From positions 1 to 56,051 of IMG/VR virus record IMGVR_UViG_3300009163_000041: a stretch of 56,051 bases of DNA; one strand, 5' to 3'. The position numbers and the translations under genes are program-made. Source of the stretch: a virus. Taxonomy: Duplodnaviria > Caudoviricetes. Under the pieces are notes generated by a model, which made no database searches, had not been told where the DNA came from, and saw nothing but the letters and a program-made list of their open reading frames with translations. Below are positions 37,957 to 44,541 of this stretch, piece by piece; positions within the stretch are counted from its first letter, which is position 1, and every line of letters starts with the position of its first letter.

Positions 37957-37996
37957 AAAAAAGAAAAAGGGGGACAGGACTTTCGCCCCATCCCCC
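37957..37996 (-). terminator. Rho-independent terminator after major capsid gene
   Basis: GGGGGATGGGGC-GAAA-GTCCTGTCCCCC followed by TTTTTCTTTTTT. Confidence 0.85.
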
Positions 37997-38020
37997 TTTC
38001 TCTATGAACTAACCAACCAA

Positions 38021-38983
38021 TTACGAAGCGGAGTAAGAGGTCGTGATCAACTGCATCGCAGTAGAGTCGATGACCTTGACCACACGATTCGAACGCACCC
38101 GAAGGATGTTCGAACGGCGACCTTCATCACGATAGCTCTCAGCAACGAAAGGAGCAGAAGCATCTTCGCTCCAGACAATCGTGCGACCCGCACCACCAGA
38201 GGCGAAATCGCCACCAGCAGTTTGACCAACCGCCACATAGGTTGTGGGGAAGATGAACGAACCGCTGAAGGTCTGACCTTTAGCCGCGCTGTTCTTAGCC
38301 GCTTTTCCAACCAACACTTTTTCAACGCCAGCCGCTTGAGCGATTTCAACTTCCGACAACAGACGGCGAGAGTCAGTCGCAACAACACCGAAGAACTGAT
38401 TCTGTGTCAGCGGAGAACGCCGAACGAGATCAAATACTTCTTGATTCATAACAACCGTGTTGGCGATCACACCCTGCTTCAGCAAACGCTGTTTAGCAGC
38501 TGCGACATCGGCCACAAAGTTAATCGTGGAGAGGTTGGTAACAGTGTAGTTGACCAAAGCGGCGGTTGCGGTGAAGGTGCTGGCATTAAATAGGGTTGTC
38601 GCACATTCGGCTTCGTGCCCAATTTGAATGTTGCGGAGAAGAATCTTCGCAGTTTCAGTCTCCAAACCGAAGAAGCGAGATACATCCGAAGCCAACGCAT
38701 CTGGTACAACCTCTTCCAAGCCGTATTCCACGCATGTGAAATTATCGTTATCGAACGCCCTCGAAGAGCGAGGATATGAGCTGCCGGGAGCCACCAAGGA
38801 GGCATCGCTGTTCAAAAGTTCAGCGTTGCCCAAGTTAAGCTTGAGGTACTGTCCAGCACGAACTGGGCTGTTGTAGATCGGGAACAAATCGGTTCCGATA
38901 AATCCCTGATCTGCTTGGCTGGCCTGAATGACCGCCGTTGTGATGTCGCCACGAAGAGTGGCGTTAGAGGTTAGATAAGACAT
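38021..38983 (-). CDS. Major capsid protein (lambda gpE-like)
   Basis: 320 aa after decoration gene; LFP, ANTVVM...FD.V pattern; GAAAGGA RBS; strong terminator. Confidence 0.8.
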   Translation of the reverse strand: MSYLTSNATLRGDITTAVIQASQADQGFIGTDLFPIYNSPVRAGQYLKLNLGNAELLNSDASLVAPGSSYPRSSRAFDNDNFTCVEYGLEEVVPDALASDVSRFFGLETETAKILLRNIQIGHEAECATTLFNASTFTATAALVNYTVTNLSTINFVADVAAAKQRLLKQGVIANTVVMNQEVFDLVRRSPLTQNQFFGVVATDSRRLLSEVEIAQAAGVEKVLVGKAAKNSAAKGQTFSGSFIFPTTYVAVGQTAGGDFASGGAGRTIVWSEDASAPFVAESYRDEGRRSNILRVRSNRVVKVIDSTAMQLITTSYSAS

Positions 38984-39001
38984 TTTTTTGTATTCCTTTC
39001 T

Positions 39002-39355
39002 TTAGCGGGTGTAGAACACTTCGATGACATCGCCAGACGCACCAGCGTTCCGAACGACACCAGCAGTGATTGCGCCACCAGCAGTGGAGGTTGAAACTTG
39101 ACCATTGATCGCTTGATAAACGAGCGATCCAGCCGTCACCAAGCTCGCACAACGAGCAAAGTTCGAGTTTTGGAAGAGTTTAACAAAGCCAACAGAACCG
39201 CTAACCACATCCTGCTGAAGAACGCCGATAGCGTTTCCTGCCGTGGTTGCGACCTGTGCCGTGTTGTCAGTAGTAGTCATGCTGACGATGCTGTTGGCCG
39301 TCACCGTAGAAGCGAAAGCCAGCGAGGCAAAGCCAGAATCAAATTGAGTTGCCAT
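39002..39355 (-). CDS. Head decoration/cement protein (DUF2190-like)
   Basis: AIGVLQQD, AG..VY...NG.V, A..SGDVIEV. Confidence 0.8.
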   Translation of the reverse strand: MATQFDSGFASLAFASTVTANSIVSMTTTDNTAQVATTAGNAIGVLQQDVVSGSVGFVKLFQNSNFARCASLVTAGSLVYQAINGQVSTSTAGGAITAGVVRNAGASGDVIEVFYTR

Positions 39356-39373
39356 AGTTTTGTTTACCTTTCT

Positions 39374-39907
39374 TTAGAAGCTTTTGCTAAAGCCACCAGC
39401 GGAAAGCTCTTTCCGATATTGTTCTGTGTATTTTCCAACACAAAGACGAAGAGCTTCGCCCTTGGAGATGTTATTTGCTTTCATCTCAAAATTGACTAGT
39501 TCCGAAAAGGTTTCTGGCTTTTTCTCGTTAACAGCGGGAGCCGAATGAGAAATAGGAGCCGACACCATCTTGGAGAGTTCGGTGCGGATTTCATTCAGCA
39601 CACCAGAAAGCTCGATCTTGCCAGCCTCAACAGCAGACATTTCAGCTTTTTCTTCTCTCTTTTTCTTGGCCTGTTCCGAATAAGGAAATGCACCCATATC
39701 CTCAGTAGGATTACCTTCAGCACCTTTCTTATCGATTTTAACAGCAGGAGCAGAAGCTTTTTCATCAACAACAGCTTCAGTCGAAGGATTCATTTTGGCT
39801 TCGAGGGCAGATAGGCGGGTAGCAAATTCTTCCATATACTTCCCGAAATCTTCCATGTTATAAGAAGGTGCAACCTTCTTTTCGGTGGTGTCAGTCGTAG
39901 TTTCCAT
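39374..39907 (-). CDS. Nested in-frame scaffold (internal start METTT)
   Basis: TTGACA 39925-39930 lies 17 nt before in-frame ATG; lambda C/Nu3 arrangement. Confidence 0.55.
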   Translation of the reverse strand: METTTDTTEKKVAPSYNMEDFGKYMEEFATRLSALEAKMNPSTEAVVDEKASAPAVKIDKKGAEGNPTEDMGAFPYSEQAKKKREEKAEMSAVEAGKIELSGVLNEIRTELSKMVSAPISHSAPAVNEKKPETFSELVNFEMKANNISKGEALRLCVGKYTEQYRKELSAGGFSKSF

Positions 39908-40903
39908 ATTACTCAAATTAACCTTGTCAACTACTATACGACCAGAATCCGCTGAAAATAAACCTGTTGGGTTAGAAGCGGGGTGCTGAACTAGGTCTGC
40001 GGAGTACAATTCAGAACACCTCGCAAGGTCAAAATTTGACCCATTTAGCTCTGATTCTCCACTGAACGAAATCGAAATCCCAAACGCATCTGGGATCTCG
40101 GAGGCCAGATCCATGTAATATTTTGCACGATCTTGGCGACTCTTGAGAAAAGTCAAATCAGCGAGAAGTTTGCTTCCGCTTTCGTCAATTCTGAAGTTCG
40201 TGAGTTTGCCGATAATATCAGCAATCCCTGCTCCGTGATTTTCATTTACCTTTACTCCACCCTTAAATTGCTCTGCACAATTCTTAACCTGTTCTAGGGT
40301 GGTGCCGTCAATTTCAAGCTGATGGCCTTTTGCCATGCCTGTAGTTAATACCGAAACTCCTTTTAGGGTCATATTATCGCCCTCCTCGTAGTTATAATTT
40401 TTCTTTTTAGATGCACCCTGTCCTTGAATAACTGCTGTGGGAATCGTTCCCGCTGGCGCACCGCCACCAGAAGTTCCTCCAGCAGAGGTCATCAGATCCT
40501 CTTCTTCGTACTCAGAGGTAGATCTTCCAATGGCTGGCTCAATATCCGTAGAATCGCTTCCCGACTCGCTATTGTTTTGTAGATCCTCTTCATTATTATC
40601 AAAAATCTCAGATGCAATTTCAGCACGATCAGAGGCATCGGGGAACAGCCCAATCATGCCCTCATCAGCCACGAAACGACCCATAAACTCTGCAAATGTC
40701 TCGTCCTCGCTAGGAGTTAAAAGAGTGCTATCAGATGCCAAATTCTTCTTTTTCTGCTTCTTTTTGGTTTCCCTAAAGATGCTTGCCCCTACTGCATACC
40801 GCTGTTTATTATCCGTATAGTCCTTAACGGCAGTGGAGTTACCCATGAATTTTGACATGAAATCAGCGAGATTCTCGCCTTTTTTGGGGGTAGGTAGGGG
40901 CAT
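39374..40903 (-). CDS. Prohead protease-scaffold fusion with N-terminal repeat region
   Basis: AKGH...D, NHG..I..IIG, FGISISF, SADLV..PA.NP.GLFS; coiled-coil C-terminus. Confidence 0.75.
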   Translation of the reverse strand: MPLPTPKKGENLADFMSKFMGNSTAVKDYTDNKQRYAVGASIFRETKKKQKKKNLASDSTLLTPSEDETFAEFMGRFVADEGMIGLFPDASDRAEIASEIFDNNEEDLQNNSESGSDSTDIEPAIGRSTSEYEEEDLMTSAGGTSGGGAPAGTIPTAVIQGQGASKKKNYNYEEGDNMTLKGVSVLTTGMAKGHQLEIDGTTLEQVKNCAEQFKGGVKVNENHGAGIADIIGKLTNFRIDESGSKLLADLTFLKSRQDRAKYYMDLASEIPDAFGISISFSGESELNGSNFDLARCSELYSADLVQHPASNPTGLFSADSGRIVVDKVNLSNMETTTDTTEKKVAPSYNMEDFGKYMEEFATRLSALEAKMNPSTEAVVDEKASAPAVKIDKKGAEGNPTEDMGAFPYSEQAKKKREEKAEMSAVEAGKIELSGVLNEIRTELSKMVSAPISHSAPAVNEKKPETFSELVNFEMKANNISKGEALRLCVGKYTEQYRKELSAGGFSKSF

Positions 40904-40917
40904 ACACCATCAAAAAG

Positions 40918-40948
40918 TGTCAACTGCTATATGTGTAGTATCTTGACA
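40918..40948. promoter_or_regulatory. Back-to-back TTGACA motifs for divergent late genes
   Basis: Minus 40918-40923 is 14 nt before ATG 40903; plus 40943-40948 is 14 nt before GTG 40963. Confidence 0.65.
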
Positions 40949-40962
40949 GGTTGGGCAGTATT

Positions 40963-41712
40963 GTGCCCCTTTCGATAAATCACCTATTAGCTTTAGATTG
41001 GAAAACTTGGGTATGCAGAAATAATCCAGCCGATGCAAGCCCAGTAAGTATTTTTGCTTTTAGTGATGGTGTGACAACTCAAAACAAGACACTTTGGGAT
41101 GGGCTTCCTGTTGTTTGGCAACATCCAACAACGGCAACAACACTTTCAATTGTAACTACAGCCACTACTGCGGATACAGGCGGGAAGATTTTAATAAACG
41201 GCCTAGATTCAAATTGGAACGCAATTACAGAATCCATTACTCTTAACGGAGTCACTCCAGTTGCTACCACGAATTCATTTATTAGAGTAAATGGATTGTC
41301 GATGACCGCACCAGCCAGCGGTGGAACTACGAATGTTGGAACAATTACAGCAAAGGCAAACTCAACTACTTTTGCACAGATCAATCCCACCATCGGAAGA
41401 ACGCAAGCTGGTATATATTCTGTTCCTAATGGATATACTTTGTATGTTTATTCTGTCGATTGTTATAGCGGTGATGCTGGGAGTGGAACAAATTATGTCA
41501 CATTTAATGTTGCGGTAACCCCCAATGCATCTCCTACGCCAGTAACTTTTGATCTTCTTCAGACAACTTGGCTTGGTAACTTTTCAGTTCAAAGGATTGT
41601 TCCCCAAATTCAATACCAGAAAACAGATATTGAGTGGCAGTTTAAAGTAAATAGCGGAACGCAAAGCGTCAGCCTTATCGTGCAGGGAATGTTGCTGAAG
41701 AACGCAGACTAG
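40963..41712 (+). CDS. Thr-rich beta virion-type protein, inverted
   Basis: I.GLD.NW..ITE.ITLNG.T.V.T...F.RVN, N.GTIT, YSVP.GYTLY; GTG start inferred. Confidence 0.7.
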   Translation: MPLSINHLLALDWKTWVCRNNPADASPVSIFAFSDGVTTQNKTLWDGLPVVWQHPTTATTLSIVTTATTADTGGKILINGLDSNWNAITESITLNGVTPVATTNSFIRVNGLSMTAPASGGTTNVGTITAKANSTTFAQINPTIGRTQAGIYSVPNGYTLYVYSVDCYSGDAGSGTNYVTFNVAVTPNASPTPVTFDLLQTTWLGNFSVQRIVPQIQYQKTDIEWQFKVNSGTQSVSLIVQGMLLKNAD

Positions 41713-41800
41713 AATAATTTAAAGACAAAATGGATCACCAGCATATAAAAAAAGCTGGCTAGAATCCACCCGATGCAAATATGTTTTAGATCTCGATAGT

Positions 41801-42022
41801 TCATGCTTCCTCCTGTATTGCCAGATCCGCTAGTTTGTTCTCGATCTTGGTCTTAACGGCAACGATTGCGCCGTACTCTGTTTCGGATTCCACATTATGA
41901 GGCCATACCCTTCTGCCGTCCCTACCTAGCAGTACCCAGCTATCCGTATCTACTTCTACCGCCCTGTCGCATTTAAGGACAGCCTTCAGATCGTCTGGAA
42001 GATTTAAAACAATTGTGTTCAT
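41801..42022 (-). CDS. Early-type hypothetical protein
   Basis: AGGAGG RBS. Confidence 0.65.
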   Translation of the reverse strand: MNTIVLNLPDDLKAVLKCDRAVEVDTDSWVLLGRDGRRVWPHNVESETEYGAIVAVKTKIENKLADLAIQEEA

Positions 42023-42031
42023 GTTGCCTCC

Positions 42032-42307
42032 TTATACTGGCAGAAGACTTGCGATCTTCTGCTCAAGAGTCGTTTCCGCTACTGCCGTGCAACTACAGGT
42101 CTTGGGATCAACCTCGAATACCCGATAGAGTACTTCAATCACCTTGTAATAGCCAGCCTTTGCCTTGGTTGGCTTATCGCCTGTGATTGCCCACAGCAGA
42201 TATTGACGGACATTACTGTTCTGGGAACCGTACAACTGGAATATTCTGGACGGCAGAATACCCAATTGGTTGATTGCTTTCAATGCTCTCTCTTGTTTGC
42301 TGTTCAT
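42032..42307 (-). CDS. Early-type hypothetical protein
   Basis: CCAAGAAAGGA RBS. Confidence 0.7.
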   Translation of the reverse strand: MNSKQERALKAINQLGILPSRIFQLYGSQNSNVRQYLLWAITGDKPTKAKAGYYKVIEVLYRVFEVDPKTCSCTAVAETTLEQKIASLLPV

Positions 42308-42337
42308 GGTTTTTGTCCTTTCTTGGTTTCGGGTTGC

Positions 42338-42553
42338 TTACCAAAAGTTCGACAGGAGTTTTTCCTCTTCCTCTTTACTTGCAATATGGAAGCTGTCCTT
42401 ATCGACTTGATCCACAAGCTTTGGATCTTCTTTTAGCCACCTATTGCGAGCGTTTTTATAGGCATCCCTACGGCTGATGCCAGACGCAGTGTTCCATCCA
42501 CCATCCTTAAAGAAGTAGGTGTAGCTTTTAATTTTTTTAACTTGGTTGTTCAT
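42338..42553 (-). CDS. Early-type hypothetical protein
   Basis: GAAAGGA RBS, MNNQ start. Confidence 0.7.
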   Translation of the reverse strand: MNNQVKKIKSYTYFFKDGGWNTASGISRRDAYKNARNRWLKEDPKLVDQVDKDSFHIASKEEEEKLLSNFW

Positions 42554-42571
42554 TGTTATATTCCTTTCTAG

Positions 42572-42913
42572 TTAAACCGCCAATTGCAGATTCCGATCCT
42601 CGATGTATTTGACGAAGTGAGCGATGGTCTGATCGTAGTTTTTGGAGGCCAACTCATCCAGCACACTCTGACTGAATCGTTTTGCCGTCTTGATGAATTG
42701 CTTTACACCATTAAAAGCCACATAGCTTTCGACTACATACCCGACCTCCTGCCGTTTCTCGACTGCCTTTACCGACAAGTAGTAGCCACGCTCTTCGTTT
42801 TTTGAGCTGAAGTAATTCACCCCACCCTTGCTGTAGAACAGATTGACTTTGTAGTAGTGGTTGGGCTTTGCCTCGATTGGGATTTCTTTGATGGTTTTTG
42901 TTTGGTTGTTCAT
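42572..42913 (-). CDS. Early-type hypothetical protein
   Basis: YSKGG.NYF....RGYYLSV...RFS pattern; MNNQ start. Confidence 0.75.
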   Translation of the reverse strand: MNNQTKTIKEIPIEAKPNHYYKVNLFYSKGGVNYFSSKNEERGYYLSVKAVEKRQEVGYVVESYVAFNGVKQFIKTAKRFSQSVLDELASKNYDQTIAHFVKYIEDRNLQLAV

Positions 42914-42940
42914 GGTTTCGTTTCCTTTCTTATTGTGGCA

Positions 42941-43453
42941 CTAGATTACATTATCCAGAGCCGTTTGGCAAGAAGAATCTTTAGTTGGCTTGACGCATTT
43001 TTTGTAAACTTCTGGGTGAAACTCCTTCAGGTACTCAAGCTCATTTCTTGTTGTCTCAAGCTCGCCCCTGTTTAGGTTTAATTCGTATTGAGCGTGATGG
43101 GTGAGTTCGTGAACAAGCGCACATAGGATCTGAATTTCCCTGTCCACCTTCAGCCCTGTTGTGGCTTTTTTGGAAACATTCAACGATTTTTTATCGTATA
43201 AATACAGATCATCTCTTGTGCCAATACAGGTATTGGGAGCGAGATATTTACCGCACTCCACTTGATTCCTGTAATATCTGGATCTGCTGTAACTACCGCT
43301 AAAGATGTATTCGGTAGTGGTGAAGTCCACGGAAGGATATTTGACCTGTAGCCAGCTTACCGCTTTTTCAATGAATGCTGGGATTTGATCTACAAGCCCT
43401 CTTGGTACTGAGTTTCGAATGGTTACTTTGGGGTTGGTTTGGTTGTTTGTCAT
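42941..43453 (-). CDS. Zincin-like metallopeptidase-motif protein
   Basis: LVHELTHHAQ (HExxH) plus downstream E; leaderless start MTNNQ. Confidence 0.65.
   Translation of the reverse strand: MTNNQTNPKVTIRNSVPRGLVDQIPAFIEKAVSWLQVKYPSVDFTTTEYIFSGSYSRSRYYRNQVECGKYLAPNTCIGTRDDLYLYDKKSLNVSKKATTGLKVDREIQILCALVHELTHHAQYELNLNRGELETTRNELEYLKEFHPEVYKKCVKPTKDSSCQTALDNVI
42943..42971 (-). promoter_or_regulatory. Early promoter with palindrome
   Basis: TTGCCA-17-TAATCT; TCCAGA-GCCGT-TTGGCA. Confidence 0.75.
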
Positions 43454-43459
43454 GGTGGT

Positions 43460-43488
43460 ACTGTACATCATTCCAACCCGCTTGGCAA
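43460..43488 (-). promoter_or_regulatory. Early promoter with palindrome
   Basis: TTGCCA-17-TACAGT; TTCCAA-CCCGC-TTGGCA; ATG 6 nt later. Confidence 0.85.
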
Positions 43489-43535
43489 GCATTATTTAAT
43501 CTTTTTTTACCCTCTAAAATTATTTTATTTTGTTG

Positions 43536-43564
43536 TTGACTTCGAAGCCGTTTGGCAGTACACT
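43536..43564 (+). promoter_or_regulatory. Divergent early promoter with the same palindrome
   Basis: TTGACT-17-TACACT; TTCGAA-GCCGT-TTGGCA; ATG 6 nt later. Confidence 0.85.
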
Positions 43565-43570
43565 CCTCCC

Positions 43571-44422
43571 ATGATCAAAAACATCCAAGACATCCAAAAG
43601 CTGAAACCCACCGAAATTCGCAAGCTCTCGAAAGCCGAACTGGAGGAGATCGTTCCTCTTATTCGTGCCGAGTACAAAAGATATAAGTCGTTCGCCAGTC
43701 TCATTGAAAATGATTCCGAACGGCATGAAGCTGTAAATACAGAATTTCGGCTAGATGAGTTGTATCGTGCTGGGCAGAGTCGCTTGGAGAAGTATGCCAA
43801 GGAAGAGCGCAAGGCTCTTCGTGAGTCCAAGCAGAATTCCAAGGAGATTGAGCGCAAGCGGATCGAGGATCTTGCCTCCACTCTCCGCAAGAACTTGGTT
43901 CCTGTTGAGAATGCTCTTGTTAAATCAATCATTGAGCGTGACAACATCCGACTCGGAAAACAGGAAGAATTCTTCAAGTCGCTTCCCACCCCCTATGTGG
44001 TCAAATTCATTTATGGCTACTCGGACAAGAAGGATGAATTCGACTACAGCGTTTTCAGCCAAGAGTATCGCCGTTTCTGGGAAACGGAACGGTTGGCAAA
44101 CGACTTTCCTCTTCGCAGGGAGCAAGTCACCAAGAAGTTAGAACTGGACGCAAAGATCGAAAAAGATGCAAAAGACTATGCCAAGATTGCCTGTGACGAG
44201 TTTGCGTTCAAGATCGTGCAGAAAACAGAGAAGGAGATCAAAGAGCGTGGCACTGATGACAAGATCGTTTCGACCTCCTACGAGGGTAATGTGAATCCTT
44301 GGGATGGCGGTCAGGTGATCGTCACCACGACCAAGGGCAAGTATGTCTGGAACACCAAGGTCATCCTGAACTTCTCGAAGTACGGACTACCCTTCAACCA
44401 GTGGCCGACTCGGTTGGCCTAG
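43571..44422 (+). CDS. Early hypothetical protein
   Basis: Leaderless start MIKNIQ; C-terminal I.N.SK.G..F.QWPTR. Confidence 0.75.
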   Translation: MIKNIQDIQKLKPTEIRKLSKAELEEIVPLIRAEYKRYKSFASLIENDSERHEAVNTEFRLDELYRAGQSRLEKYAKEERKALRESKQNSKEIERKRIEDLASTLRKNLVPVENALVKSIIERDNIRLGKQEEFFKSLPTPYVVKFIYGYSDKKDEFDYSVFSQEYRRFWETERLANDFPLRREQVTKKLELDAKIEKDAKDYAKIACDEFAFKIVQKTEKEIKERGTDDKIVSTSYEGNVNPWDGGQVIVTTTKGKYVWNTKVILNFSKYGLPFNQWPTRLA

Positions 44423-44541
44423 TCCTTCTTGGAATCTTTGGTCTTCTTGATCTCTTTGAGTGCTTCGATCATGTTGTCCAGAGATTTGTCATCACGGCTG
44501 GACAATTCATCTGCCAGTGGATCAGTCGAAGAGGTTGCCAT
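44419..44541 (-). CDS. 40-aa charged peptide overlapping the polyprotein stop
   Basis: Read by hand: MATSSTDPLADELSSRDDKSLDNMIEALKEIKKTKDSKKD. Confidence 0.45.
   Translation of the reverse strand: MATSSTDPLADELSSRDDKSLDNMIEALKEIKKTKDSKKD

Noticed and set aside
43439-43570. N-terminal extensions given in the ORF track for 43439-44422 and 42941-43492
   Set aside because: They run through the divergent promoters; starts at 43571 and 43453 fit better
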